Positions 31,174-42,090 of a DNA stretch of 64,000 nt are shown piece by piece. Made by a program: the position numbers and the translations under genes. Under the pieces are notes generated by a model. The model did no database searches. It was not told where the DNA came from and was given only the letters and a program-made list of their open reading frames with translations. This DNA comes from Chloroflexota bacterium (GTDB lineage Bacteria > Chloroflexota > UBA11872 > VXOZ01). The DNA lies in NCBI GenBank assembly GCA_964291655.2, contig OZ219802.1, forward strand, positions 2,579,964 through 2,643,963, in the 5' to 3' direction. Every line of letters begins with the position of its first letter. The first letter of the stretch is position 1.

Positions 31174-31953
31174 ATGGCGACTGCACAGTTGGTGACTTTG
31201 GCGCCGGAGCAGAAGCAGTTCTTCGATGACAACGGCTATCTGGTGATGGAGGGGTTGTACGACGCCGCTGAGATGGAGGAGATGCGGCGGGAGTTTCACG
31301 ACCTCATTACGAATACCGACGGCCGGCCCAAGGCTATTAGATACAACTTCATGGAGCAGGCGGAGGGGTATCCCATCGACCCCTACAATCCCAAGAACGT
31401 ACAGGGCATCATGGACCAGCCGTTGGCGAGCGATTACTGGTTCAACAACGTTACCGACCCCCGCATAGTGAACGTCTTCATCGACCTCTTCGGCCCGGAC
31501 ATCGACTTTCACAACGGCAAGGTGCGCAACAATCCGCCGGGCTTCACGAATGAACAGGGCTGGCACCAGGACTGGCCGTACGAGCTTCACAGCAAGTCGG
31601 ACCTGGCGGCGGCCATCATCTACCTGGACGCCAACGACGTAGACCAAGGCGCGACTACGGTGCTGCCCGGCAGCCACCTGATGGGCGAGTGGGAGACGTC
31701 ACACGGCCATACCGTAGCCGACGAGAAGGTGGCAGACTACGACCCGGTGCCGATGCTTGCCAAGCCCGGCGACGTGCTCTTCATCCACGTGATGGTGCTG
31801 CACACCGCCGGCAATAACTACTCCAACACGTCCCGCCACAAGGTCATCAACGAGTACAAGAGCAAGGAAGCCATCGACCAGTGGGGCAACCGCTGCGCCT
31901 ACGCCGGAATGCCGGTAGCCCGTGACGGCCAGGTGTGCATCCCGCAGCTTTAG
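31174..31953 (+). CDS. Phytanoyl-CoA dioxygenase (PhyH) family Fe/2OG enzyme
   Basis: FFDDNGYLV, WHQD, PGSH, PGDVLF and LH..GNNYSNTSR motifs. TATAAT at 31107-31112. Confidence 0.9.
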   Translation: MATAQLVTLAPEQKQFFDDNGYLVMEGLYDAAEMEEMRREFHDLITNTDGRPKAIRYNFMEQAEGYPIDPYNPKNVQGIMDQPLASDYWFNNVTDPRIVNVFIDLFGPDIDFHNGKVRNNPPGFTNEQGWHQDWPYELHSKSDLAAAIIYLDANDVDQGATTVLPGSHLMGEWETSHGHTVADEKVADYDPVPMLAKPGDVLFIHVMVLHTAGNNYSNTSRHKVINEYKSKEAIDQWGNRCAYAGMPVARDGQVCIPQL

Positions 31954-32353
31954 CGGTGGAGACATTGGGCGCATGCCAAGCTTAGCCTAAGCCTGCCAAT
32001 CGATTATCGCGTCACACTTAGTCTCGACAGACTAGGTAATCCGGACTTTTCTCTGTCGCCCACGCGAAAGTGGGAACCTAGGTAGTGTTGGCGGCTCTGG
32101 GCGAATGTTCTCTCTCCCGGGGAGAGGGTTAGGGCGACCGGTCGCTAGACTCGCCAAGAACTTCGCTGTATGGCGCTGCGACGCAAGGGTGTTTCCATGT
32201 CAAGAACTCTGTCGACTCCTCGTCACTTTGACAACACCTCCGACTGGTTCCCCATCAACCGCTCGTGGCAATTCGAGCCGCCGGCTGATCTGCATGGGGA
32301 AATGACGCCCAATGAGGTTGAAGCCGCTAGCGGGCATACTTTTGTGGCAACGC

Positions 32354-33229
32354 TCACGATGCCCCTTTGTCTGCATCAAATCTCAGCAAACTGTCTACAT
32401 CTTCCTTGCTCCTAATCTGCATAAGCCTTACTTCTCTTGGGCCGCAAAGGCAACCGAGTTTCCGGAAACTTAGACCGCATTTCTGAAAGATCTTTCGCAC
32501 CGCATACCACCGCAGTGTGCGGTCACATTGCAAACTCTCAGATAGAGACAACCGCAGAAGGATTCGATCATAGTGAGCATATACCCGGATCAGATAGATC
32601 AAGGGTGCAAGTGAGACGGAGAGCAGAAAGGGTAGGGCTAGCTCTCGCAATGTGAGTGTGGATGCAAGGGTTTGCATGTCCCCAAGTGCTCTCCAAAGTG
32701 CCTGGAGGATCAAGCCTAACCCAATAAGCATGAGAACCGCTGAAGTTGCTTTGGCGAGTTTTGCGAATTGTTCATCCGACTGTGCCAGGGCACCAAACAT
32801 AGCCAAGGCAGCAATTAGTGGTAATAGGATGAGTTCAGCCAACAGATTGAACGTGTAGGTGTTCACAAGGAACTCAATTATGAGGACGACTTTGAGGTTA
32901 TCTACAAGTAGATTTCGGAACAGATTCACTCCACCCTTAGTTTCGAATGAGCGAGCGAATAGTACTGATCCAGAGAGGATTGACCATAGGATGGTGTCCT
33001 TTAGAAGAATTGGTTGCCAGTATCCTACGCTCTGTAGCGCAAGTATGATTAAGGTGACATAAAACAGTGCAAAGCCACTAGAGATGAGTATCTTTGGATG
33101 CAAGAGAGCACCTAGTGCTCCCAAGAGGCTTCGACGCAAATCACCAACCAGCAGCATCCAAACTATAGCAGCAATTATCCAGATCCCTGCTGCTATTTCC
33201 CTGCTATTGAACAAGCCCAAGCTAATCAT
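32354..33229 (-). CDS. Multi-pass membrane protein of unknown function, coupled to the RM gene
   Basis: About 7 hydrophobic segments, AT-richer than its flanks, 4-bp overlap with the stop of the upstream RM gene. Confidence 0.7.
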   Translation of the reverse strand: MISLGLFNSREIAAGIWIIAAIVWMLLVGDLRRSLLGALGALLHPKILISSGFALFYVTLIILALQSVGYWQPILLKDTILWSILSGSVLFARSFETKGGVNLFRNLLVDNLKVVLIIEFLVNTYTFNLLAELILLPLIAALAMFGALAQSDEQFAKLAKATSAVLMLIGLGLILQALWRALGDMQTLASTLTLRELALPFLLSVSLAPLIYLIRVYAHYDRILLRLSLSESLQCDRTLRWYAVRKIFQKCGLSFRKLGCLCGPREVRLMQIRSKEDVDSLLRFDADKGAS

Positions 33230-36200
33230 CCTTGACCTAGAAGGCGCCCTACCAATTCCTCCATAGCCTTGCCTTCAGATGAAGTGCGGAGCCATTTGCG
33301 GAGTTCGCGGCGGGCGATGGTGACGGTGAGGGGGCGGGGGCTGCCGCGTTTGGCTGTGCCGCTGGATGTTGAGCGTTGGGCGCGGAGGGCGGCGAGTTGT
33401 TGGGCCGCGCCGGAGGCGGCGGCTTGGCCGGCGTCGGCGATGGCGGCGTGCAGCGGGACGGCGGAGTCGAATTCAGGAATGGGCAGCTTCCAGAGGTGCT
33501 TCTGCAAATCGCGAGCACCGAATTGGCCTTTGGACATTAGGGGCTTTACTGCTTCATACAGCGTCTCGCTATTGATGGTCGCGAGCAGGTAGTGGGCTTC
33601 CCGTGCGTCTTTGCAGGTTATCCAGAAGAGCTTGTAGTCAATGATGATGGCATCGTCATCGATGATTGCCGCAGTCGGCTGACCGTATCCCGTGTAGACC
33701 ACGCGGACGGGCCTCTCTTCCGGGTTTTGCTGCCACGCCAGTTGCGCAGACAGTTCGCGGTGGTAGTCTAGCCTTCCTAGTAGACTTAGCTTATTGACCG
33801 GTCTCTTATTCTCTTCCCATAGGTTGCTGACTATCTGCCAGCGCTCACGCATTCTCCATCCCAATGCGCCGGCGTTGATGCTGTCCCTGTCCTCTGGATC
33901 AACAGGCAACTGAACGTCACCGCGTTGCAAAGGCAGTACCGCCTTGAGTGGATCAAGCGTCACGTAAGGGACAACGGTTTCCCCTAAATGAACTTCGTGA
34001 ACGTGCTGAGCCTCAACCGCCTGTCCCGTGAGCGCAGTGAGATCAAGGTCGCGCCAGGGCTTCTTGTCTTGTGCACCGATTCGGGGGGTTACGGTCACAG
34101 TCTGTCCGGTCCATATCACTGCAGGATTAGGAATCTCGTTTACAAAATAGAAGCGACGAGGATAGATGTCCGCTCCTTTGCGGGAATAACCGTCGTAAGG
34201 AGACTTGCTAGCGCGCTCGCCGTCAGTTAGAGAAACGGGTACGCGCCGCACATCCGGTGAGCCTGCTTTGCCGAGCCAGCGTTCCGCTTTGCCCCGCAAG
34301 GGGTTTGCCACGCCGCTGTCACCTGTGCTCTGCGCAAAGACGACGCAGGACGGCATTGGGAAGAAAGTGTTGGGTTCCAGTCGTTCTAAGTCCCAGACCG
34401 GTTTGTAATCGAACTCCACTGCCAAGGTAAAGTCCCTGGAGCGTGCACTTCCTCGACCCCGCTGTTTCGAGCGCCAGAGACCCGTGCGCCATTTGGCGTA
34501 CTGCCCGGACTGCAGGGCGCTATGTGGCATGACCATGCCGATTACGCCGCCGACTTTCAAGTACAAGTCCGTGCACCGCGCATAGAAGAGCCCGGAAATG
34601 TCTTGGACGGCGGCATACTTCCCTCCCGCCCAGATGCCATAGCGCTCTTTGCTCTGCTGTTCCAATTCCGAGCGCAAGATGCGAGCCGTATTGCGGTAGA
34701 TGAGCCACGGTGGGTTGCCGATGACTACGTCCACTTTTTCGCGGCTGAGGACGACCGGGCGCACCAGGTTGCGGGTGTAGTAGGCCCAGATGTGGTCGCG
34801 GCCGCCGGCGTGGAGACGCTGCATGACAGCGATGGTCTGCTGCAGGGTCTCGCGCTCGTAGGCGTCGGTGACGGCATGATCGTCCAGTGCGACGTGGGGA
34901 TCGGCGCCGCGCTCGATGGCGTCGGCTATGTCGCTCAGCAGCGGATCGAACGTATCGGCGCGGGCGACCAGAGACGTCGGGAAGATCAGGGTCGTGTTCT
35001 GCTCGTCTTCCACCTCGATGCGCACCTCATTCGCGGCGATCATGTCGCCGGTGTGGAAGCGCAGTTGCAGCGCGTCGCCGAGGTAGACGGGCACGGAGAT
35101 TGGGCTACTGTAACCGGCGTCGGCGGCGGCCACGATGGCCGGACGCGCCGCCAGGGTCCACGCGGCCCGGGCAAGGTGCACAGCCACCGGATGCACGTCG
35201 ATGCCGGTCACCGCCACCCGCAGATTCTCTATAACCGCTAAGGGGGTCAGCTTGGCATTTTGGGCCGCCTCTAGGAAATGCGCGACCGCTTCCACAAGGA
35301 ATGTACCGGAGCCGCAGGCGGGATCGAGCACGCGCTGGTTCAGGGGATCATCCACGAGTTCACTCACCATGACGCGGGCGAGCCAGTCCGGCGTGTAGTA
35401 CTCGCCAAGTTGGCGGCGCTCATCCGGCGGAATCACAGTCTCGTAGAGGATCGCGCCCACGTCGGCCGGGGCGTTGCTCCACTCAAACCGCGCCACACGC
35501 CGCGCCAGGGTCTTGACCAATGAAGACCCGCCCTCCACCTCAGTGGGCCAGGCAAAGAAGTCCGACTCGACGATGCCATGCAAGCCGGTAGCATTGTGAA
35601 AGCGGCGGCCGTTCAAGAGGGCGGACGGCTCGCTCTCCGCGACCTCGGCAATGTCGATGCCAAACGACGCCTGCACCACCATGCCGATGGTCATGCTCAG
35701 GTAGGTGTGACGGACGAATAAATCGTCCATCTGATCCCGCCCACGGGCAATTTCACCCAGGGACGCCATGAGCAGGTTGTGCCAGAGCCGCCGCTTGACC
35801 GCGACGGTCTCGCTGTTAGCAGTGGACTGGTAGAGTTGCCGCAGGGTATCGATGTCACGTTGGTAGAGGAGGCTGTCAGGCCCGAAACGCGCCTTGATAC
35901 TCTGGCGGTCGGGTTGTGTCTGCTCCGTTGCGGCGAGGGCCTCGTCCCGCAGCCACTTGTAGAGATCAGCGCCGCTGTCAGGTGATTCGAGAATGAAGGC
36001 ATAAGGCCGTGTGGTCCTGACCGCGCCCGCGCCGGGCCAACGCAGCAGCCAGTGCTTGCCGTCGGTCAGGATGCCCAGACGCACGCCCCTGCCTTCGGTG
36101 GCGGATTGCGCGAGGTAGTCGTCCAGTTGTTGCACGTAGTCGGGATTGGGCGTGATGCCGCTCGGCCCGATACGGCGCTTGAACTCGATGAAGGTATCAA

Positions 36201-36402
36201 GCGCGCGCAGATCAACCGCCTGGCGGGAGCTTTGCGAAGGCGGATTCTCTTCTTGGACGTCTTCCGCGCGCACAAGCCCGGAGTTAATCAGAAAGTCACG
36301 CACGGCGCTGGTGATATTCGCCTCGGGCTCACGGTTGTCGTGCCGCCGCAAGATGTCGGCGGCGAGGTTGCTGAATTGCGCGGTGTTTTCAGTTTCATCC
36401 AT
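33226..36402 (-). CDS. Type IIG-like fused restriction endonuclease / N6-adenine methyltransferase
   Basis: N-terminal D..IEFK..QLDDY..LTDG nuclease-like region, GEYYTP, motif I DPACGSGTF, motif IV NPPW and a C-terminal TRD-like region. Confidence 0.85.
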   Translation of the reverse strand: MDETENTAQFSNLAADILRRHDNREPEANITSAVRDFLINSGLVRAEDVQEENPPSQSSRQAVDLRALDTFIEFKRRIGPSGITPNPDYVQQLDDYLAQSATEGRGVRLGILTDGKHWLLRWPGAGAVRTTRPYAFILESPDSGADLYKWLRDEALAATEQTQPDRQSIKARFGPDSLLYQRDIDTLRQLYQSTANSETVAVKRRLWHNLLMASLGEIARGRDQMDDLFVRHTYLSMTIGMVVQASFGIDIAEVAESEPSALLNGRRFHNATGLHGIVESDFFAWPTEVEGGSSLVKTLARRVARFEWSNAPADVGAILYETVIPPDERRQLGEYYTPDWLARVMVSELVDDPLNQRVLDPACGSGTFLVEAVAHFLEAAQNAKLTPLAVIENLRVAVTGIDVHPVAVHLARAAWTLAARPAIVAAADAGYSSPISVPVYLGDALQLRFHTGDMIAANEVRIEVEDEQNTTLIFPTSLVARADTFDPLLSDIADAIERGADPHVALDDHAVTDAYERETLQQTIAVMQRLHAGGRDHIWAYYTRNLVRPVVLSREKVDVVIGNPPWLIYRNTARILRSELEQQSKERYGIWAGGKYAAVQDISGLFYARCTDLYLKVGGVIGMVMPHSALQSGQYAKWRTGLWRSKQRGRGSARSRDFTLAVEFDYKPVWDLERLEPNTFFPMPSCVVFAQSTGDSGVANPLRGKAERWLGKAGSPDVRRVPVSLTDGERASKSPYDGYSRKGADIYPRRFYFVNEIPNPAVIWTGQTVTVTPRIGAQDKKPWRDLDLTALTGQAVEAQHVHEVHLGETVVPYVTLDPLKAVLPLQRGDVQLPVDPEDRDSINAGALGWRMRERWQIVSNLWEENKRPVNKLSLLGRLDYHRELSAQLAWQQNPEERPVRVVYTGYGQPTAAIIDDDAIIIDYKLFWITCKDAREAHYLLATINSETLYEAVKPLMSKGQFGARDLQKHLWKLPIPEFDSAVPLHAAIADAGQAAASGAAQQLAALRAQRSTSSGTAKRGSPRPLTVTIARRELRKWLRTSSEGKAMEELVGRLLGQG

Positions 36403-36815
36403 TGCTTTCTTGCCTCGTCAGGGAGCGCTTTGCTGAACTCTGCCAAACAGTTGGCAGTGGGCTGGGAACGGGGAATCCCCTCACCCTCGCTGTGGCGAGG
36501 GTTTTGCAAAGGCCTCGTTAAGGTCAATCACTTGTGGCGATCATGAATATGTACTACTCTATCCCACGCGCGGCGTAGGGTCGAGGTAGAGGACACGCTG
36601 GCGCAGACGACCACGTTTTCTGATGACCGACCCTTTGTCTTCTATTACATCCGCTCACGCAGAGCAACCCCGGTCGGCGCAGGTTGCAAACCTACGCTAC
36701 CGATTGGGCCCGTGTCACGCAGGGCAACCGCCAATTGGCTTGGGCAAGTCCGCTTTGGCTCACGGACTACGTTGGCTGACGCGGCTGTGGGCTGACGAAA
36801 TGGGCGGCGCGGTTT

Positions 36816-38477
36816 ATGCTGGAGGAAGGTAGAGTTACCCGCTCAACCGGGTTAGGCGCGCAGGTCAAATCGAGATTCATGGACAGGCTACGTTTTGGAT
36901 TAAGCTCCCATTTTGCGACGGATGTTTGGCTTCGCATGGGGATTGGACAGTGTTTGGTCGCGCTTGCGCTCGCACTTCTCATCATCCTGTGCGCGCCTTT
37001 CGCGCCGGCACAGGCGTCGGATGCCACTCCCCAGGAACAAGCCATAACCAGACTCAACGAGTTGCGTGCGCATGCTAAGTCGCCTCCTGTGCAGGCTGAC
37101 GCCAGTTTACAGCAGGCGGCGGAATCCCAAGCGGCGTATTATGCCGAGAATGGTTTTACCGGGCACCACCAGGATCCTACCGGCGCCGGTTTCACGGGCG
37201 CGACGCCGACAGACCGCATCAGGGCCGCCGGTTTCACGGGAAGGTGCACCGGTGAGTCAGCCTCCTCGATTAGTGACAGTCCGGTAGCCGCCGTGGACGC
37301 ATTAGTGAATAGCGTCTATCACCGCACGATCATGCTGCACCCGGCGTTGACTTTTGTAGGCTATGGGCAGAGCGTGGGAGGGAGCGTGTTCAACTTTGGC
37401 GGTTGCCTCGACGACTCGCCGGACGTTGATCGACTATACGTCTATCCCGGCGATGGGCAAGCGGACGTGCCGACTAGCTTCTTGCCGATGACGGAACGTC
37501 CAAACCCGCTGCCGGACATTGAGGGATTCGTCGGCAGTCCCATAAGTGTCGGTGTATCGCCTTGGTTGCAAGAGTCTCTGAAGATCACGAGTCTGCACAT
37601 CGTCGACCAAGCAGGCGTATCCTTGTCCTACCGCCGGGTTGACGACGATAGCTGGGCGTACTTCATGACCGAGCTTCCGCTTGGCGCTGGACAGACCTTC
37701 ACCGTGAGCATCGCCGGGAATGCCGAGGGCAGCGACGTGGGTACGTTTGCGCGCACGTGGTCGTTTTCTACGCAGTCGGCCTTCTTACCGTATGTACTTG
37801 AATTGCGCTTTGTGCAGGGCACGCCGCATTTAGTAACGGAATACGAAGCTGATGATTTCGCTTGCTTCAGCCAGACGACAGGACAGTCGCCCACGCTGGC
37901 CGGAGAAGTGGTCACGTTGCCTTGCTATGACGTCGTTGATGGCTCGAAGTCGTATGGCGCAGTTCCGTTTCTGGCGGAGTTCCGGCGCATTGGGGGAGTT
38001 GCGGCTCTGGGCTATCCGCTCACACGTGCCATTACCTATGAGGGCAGGCCTACGCAGTTCTTTCAAAAGGGTGTGCTGCAGTGGCAACCGGCAACCCGCT
38101 CCTTTGTCTATCTCAATGTTTTTGACCAGCTTAGCGCGAAGGGCTTCGATCCGGTGCTGGCGGCCCGGTACCTAATCCCGCCGCCGGATGACACGTCCGC
38201 GGACGATGGGCTCAATTGGGACCAGGTGGCGGGCCGGCACTTAGCCATCTTGTATCAAGCTCCCGCAATCGCCAGGTATGTTCAGAACACTCCAAACTGG
38301 CTCGACCGGTTCGGATTGCCAATGAGTATCCAGGACTACGGCAACGTAGTGGTGGTCCGCGCGCAACGGGCGGCCTTTCAGTGGTGGCGCGTCGATACAA
38401 CTTTCGCCGCAGCGGGAGACGTAACGATTGTGAATAGTGGTGAAATCGCCAAGGCGCTGGGCGCGTTCGTGCGGTAG
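36816..38477 (+). CDS. Secreted CAP/SCP-domain protein with a C-terminal LGFP-like region (likely start 36936)
   Basis: LNELRA..LQQAAESQA..RIRAAGF..SVYHRTIML CAP motifs. C-terminal FRRIGG..LGYP..QFFQKGVLQW. Confidence 0.75.
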   Translation: MLEEGRVTRSTGLGAQVKSRFMDRLRFGLSSHFATDVWLRMGIGQCLVALALALLIILCAPFAPAQASDATPQEQAITRLNELRAHAKSPPVQADASLQQAAESQAAYYAENGFTGHHQDPTGAGFTGATPTDRIRAAGFTGRCTGESASSISDSPVAAVDALVNSVYHRTIMLHPALTFVGYGQSVGGSVFNFGGCLDDSPDVDRLYVYPGDGQADVPTSFLPMTERPNPLPDIEGFVGSPISVGVSPWLQESLKITSLHIVDQAGVSLSYRRVDDDSWAYFMTELPLGAGQTFTVSIAGNAEGSDVGTFARTWSFSTQSAFLPYVLELRFVQGTPHLVTEYEADDFACFSQTTGQSPTLAGEVVTLPCYDVVDGSKSYGAVPFLAEFRRIGGVAALGYPLTRAITYEGRPTQFFQKGVLQWQPATRSFVYLNVFDQLSAKGFDPVLAARYLIPPPDDTSADDGLNWDQVAGRHLAILYQAPAIARYVQNTPNWLDRFGLPMSIQDYGNVVVVRAQRAAFQWWRVDTTFAAAGDVTIVNSGEIAKALGAFVR

Positions 38478-38575
38478 ACTTGGCGCATTCGGCAGTTTGT
38501 AGCCGTTCCCGCCCGTTAGGTACACTGAGTATAGGATTCCTTGTTGACCCTGGCGGCAGAAGAGACACTCCACGC

Positions 38576-39244
38576 ATGCTAATTGACTTCCATTCCCACA
38601 CTTTTCTCAGTGATGGTGTCCTTTCACCTGCGGAGCTTGTGCAGCGCGCAGTTGCCACCGGGTATCATGCGATAGCCATAACCGATCATGTGGGATACGC
38701 AAACTACCAATACGTGTGTGAAGCCCTGCTGCGGGAATGTGAGGTCATTAATCGGGAGATGCCCATAACGGCGCTGGTGGGAGTTGAGATCACCCATGTC
38801 GCGCCGCGGGCGCTCGGTGCGTTGGCGGAGCGCTGCAAGGCGGCAGGCGCGCAGGTGGTTGCGGTGCACGGCGAAACGATATCGGAACCCGTACCGGCGG
38901 GCACAAACGCCGCGGCGGCGGAATGTGCGGCGGTAGATGTCCTGGCGCATCCCGGTCTGTTGACTGTTGAAGAAGCCCGGGTAGGCCGGGAGCGCGGATT
39001 GGTCTACGAACTCTCGGCGCGCAAAGGGCACAGCGCCGCCAACGGACGGGTGGCGCGAGTCTGCCAAGAGGTCGGCGCCACCATGATCGTGAATAGTGAC
39101 GCTCACGCGCCCGGGGACTTGCTCACCGAAGACCTGGTGGCAAGAGTTATCCTCGGAGCGGGTCTGGATACCACTCATTTGGAAACCATTCGGCAGGAGA
39201 ACCCGTCGGCACTGCTGAAGCGCTGCGGGGATTCTGTCTCATAG
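38576..39244 (+). CDS. PHP-domain protein (histidinol-phosphatase-like)
   Basis: DFHSHT..SDG, ITDH, LAHPG and NSDAH motifs. Confidence 0.85.
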   Translation: MLIDFHSHTFLSDGVLSPAELVQRAVATGYHAIAITDHVGYANYQYVCEALLRECEVINREMPITALVGVEITHVAPRALGALAERCKAAGAQVVAVHGETISEPVPAGTNAAAAECAAVDVLAHPGLLTVEEARVGRERGLVYELSARKGHSAANGRVARVCQEVGATMIVNSDAHAPGDLLTEDLVARVILGAGLDTTHLETIRQENPSALLKRCGDSVS

Positions 39245-39258
39245 ACGCAAGGGGAACT

Positions 39259-41748
39259 ATGGCGAAAGAGAGCAAGACAGTAGCGAAGAAGCGGAAGGCG
39301 TCGGAAGAAGCCTCGGGGGAGACCGCCACTGCCAACGGAGACGGGCCGAAGAGGAAGAAGACGCGCTCCGCAGACCGCCGCGACAGTGACATTGACTTGA
39401 TGGATGCGATGCTCCATCCGGTGGAGCTACCGGTACTGGCTATCCGCGATCAGGTGGTTTTCCCAGGGATGACGGTGCCGCTCATTGTCGCGCGTGAGCG
39501 TTCGCTGGACGCCGTTAGCAATGCGCTCGACGGCGACCGCAAGCTCTTTGTGGTGACGCAGCGTGACCCAAACATCGACGAGGTCAATCCTGAAGACTTC
39601 TATTTCGTCGGCGTAGAGGTCACCATACGGCGTACGCTCAAGATGCCGGATGGCAGCGTAAGCATCTTGGTGGAGGGACAACGCCGACTGACGATCACCC
39701 ACTTTCTCCAATTAGACCCACATATTCGCGTGCAGGCTATTGTCGTAGAGCCGCCGCCTGCGGAAGGCGAAGAGTTTAAGGCACAGATGCAGGCGATGCT
39801 CGCGCTCTTCAAGGAAGCGGTAGACCTAAGCAAGGACCTTCCGGACGAAGCGTACGTGCAGGCGATCAACACCCACGATGCCGGCGCTTTGGCAGACTTG
39901 ATCGTCTATACGATCGATCTGAGCACGCCGGTGCAGCAAGAGTTGTTGGAGGAGCTTGACGTACCTACACGCGTGGAAAAAGTGATCGCGCACTTGCGGC
40001 GCGAATTGGAAATCCTCGCTTTGCAGCGCAAGTTCGACGAGGATGCCGCGCCCACATCCACAGACGCCGAAGAACATGAGCGGTTTCTGCGTGAACAGCT
40101 CAAGCTCATCCATAAGGAGTTGGGAGAGACCGATCAGGTCAGCAGCGATATCGCCGACTTGCGGGAACGAGTGGAGGAGACACCGCTGCCGGAGGACGTG
40201 AAGGAGAAAGCGTACAAGGAGCTTGACCGGCTGGAAGCGATGCCCACCGCCAGCCCGGAAGTAAGCGTTATCCAAACCTATCTGGACTGGCTGTTGGCCT
40301 TGCCCTGGGGAGAACCAAGCCAAGATGATTTGGATATTGAGCACGCAGGCAAGGTCCTGAACGCAAACCATTACGGTCTTCCCAAAGTAAAGGAGCGCAT
40401 CCTCGAATACATTGCGGTGCGCAAGCTCGCCCCCGACATACGGACGCCGATTTTGTGCTTTGTGGGGCCGCCGGGAGTAGGCAAGACCTCGCTTGGCCTC
40501 TCAATTGCGCAGGCGCTCGGCCGGAAGTTCGTGCGCATTTCTCTGGGCGGAATTCGCGATGAAGCAGAGATCCGCGGCCATCGGCGAACGTACGTGGGAG
40601 CGTTGCCGGGCCGCATTTTGCAGGCCATGCGCCAGGTAGGTACGGTAAATCCGGTTTTCATGCTGGATGAGATCGAGAAGATGGGCGCAGACTTTCGGGG
40701 AGACCCATCCGCGGCCTTGCTCGAGGTGCTCGACCCGGAGCAGAATTATGCGTTCTCCGACCACTACCTTGAGGTGCCCTACGATCTTTCCAACGTCATT
40801 TTTATAACCACGGGCAACACCGTAGATACGTTGGCGGTAGCGTTGCGCGACCGCATGGAAGTAATCGAACTCCCCGGCTATACGGAAGAAGACAAGCTGC
40901 CAATTGCTACGCGGTACATCGTGCCGAAGCAGCGGGCTGAACACGGCTTGAAGAAGAGCAACGTGCGGTTTACTGAAGGCGCGCTGCGCGGTATGGTGCG
41001 CCAATACACGCGTGAGGCGGGAGTGCGCAATTTGGAGCGGCAGGTGGCAACGGTTTGCCGCAAGGTGGCGCGCAAGCACGCGGAAGGCGACGATACGACA
41101 GTTTCGGTAAGCATCCGGAATTTGAACTCGTACCTTGGCGCGCCGCAGTTCTTCTACGGTATGGCGGAAGAGGACGATCAGGTCGGCACGGCAACCGGTC
41201 TCGTGTGGACGGAATTTGGTGGTGACATCATCGCCGTGGAAGTAACCCTGGTGCCGGGGAAGGGCAAACTTATCCTTACCGGCAAGCTGGGAGAGGTGAT
41301 GAAAGAATCCGGGCGCGCGGCGCTGAGCTATGCCCGCGTGCACGCAGAGCGGCTGCACTTGCAGAACTACGATTGGGAGAAGACGGACGTCCATATCCAC
41401 GTGCCCGCGGGCGGCGTACCGAAAGAAGGCCCCAGCGCCGGCATAACGCTCACCACGGCATTGATTTCGGCGCTCACCGAGCGGGCGGTGCGGCGCGACG
41501 TAGCCATGACCGGCGAGATGACGTTGCGCGGCCGCGTGCTGCCCATCGGGGGCTTGAAAGAAAAAGTCCTCGCCGCGCACCGCGCCGGTATCCGCACAAT
41601 CGTCTTGCCCAAAGAGAACACGAAAGACCTGGTAGACGTTCCGGAACACGTCCGCGACGATATCACCTTTCATCCGGTAGAAGACGTAAACGAAGTCCTG
41701 GGCATTGCCCTCCACCCCAGGAAGAAACGGGTCAAGGCTACCGCGTAG
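39259..41748 (+). CDS. lon: Endopeptidase La (Lon protease)
   Basis: LON N-domain, GPPGVGKTS Walker A, PKEGPSAG catalytic Ser and IGGLKEK. Confidence 0.97.
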   Translation: MAKESKTVAKKRKASEEASGETATANGDGPKRKKTRSADRRDSDIDLMDAMLHPVELPVLAIRDQVVFPGMTVPLIVARERSLDAVSNALDGDRKLFVVTQRDPNIDEVNPEDFYFVGVEVTIRRTLKMPDGSVSILVEGQRRLTITHFLQLDPHIRVQAIVVEPPPAEGEEFKAQMQAMLALFKEAVDLSKDLPDEAYVQAINTHDAGALADLIVYTIDLSTPVQQELLEELDVPTRVEKVIAHLRRELEILALQRKFDEDAAPTSTDAEEHERFLREQLKLIHKELGETDQVSSDIADLRERVEETPLPEDVKEKAYKELDRLEAMPTASPEVSVIQTYLDWLLALPWGEPSQDDLDIEHAGKVLNANHYGLPKVKERILEYIAVRKLAPDIRTPILCFVGPPGVGKTSLGLSIAQALGRKFVRISLGGIRDEAEIRGHRRTYVGALPGRILQAMRQVGTVNPVFMLDEIEKMGADFRGDPSAALLEVLDPEQNYAFSDHYLEVPYDLSNVIFITTGNTVDTLAVALRDRMEVIELPGYTEEDKLPIATRYIVPKQRAEHGLKKSNVRFTEGALRGMVRQYTREAGVRNLERQVATVCRKVARKHAEGDDTTVSVSIRNLNSYLGAPQFFYGMAEEDDQVGTATGLVWTEFGGDIIAVEVTLVPGKGKLILTGKLGEVMKESGRAALSYARVHAERLHLQNYDWEKTDVHIHVPAGGVPKEGPSAGITLTTALISALTERAVRRDVAMTGEMTLRGRVLPIGGLKEKVLAAHRAGIRTIVLPKENTKDLVDVPEHVRDDITFHPVEDVNEVLGIALHPRKKRVKATA

Positions 41749-42090
41749 AGATTTGCCTCTCCAAGGCGCACTCAGAGTAATGTGCGCTGCGAGAATGCAA
41801 GGGAGTATTTGGGGAAACCTGTCAAATTGCGCAGGTGGGCATTCACCCGCTCGCTGCTCTTTTGTTTGGTAGCGCAGGCTTAAATCCTGCGTAGCTCACG
41901 CGCGTTGCACGTTTCGCTGCAAGCGCCAATTGCTCCTATGCCAAATAGAGGGTTAGGGACACCACAGCGTCTTGCCCGTGATTCGTGGTCTCTTCGATTC
42001 CGGACTTTGCCGGAATGACGAAGAACGCCGCCTCCTTGAGCAACACGCGGCTCACACGGCGTGTCGACCCTGCCACGGTAAACTAATGTT

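Noticed and set aside
33335-33385. STSSGT peptide near the RM C-terminus as a translated family-D repeat
   Set aside because: The underlying DNA does not match the CTTCGACAAGCTCAGG repeat.
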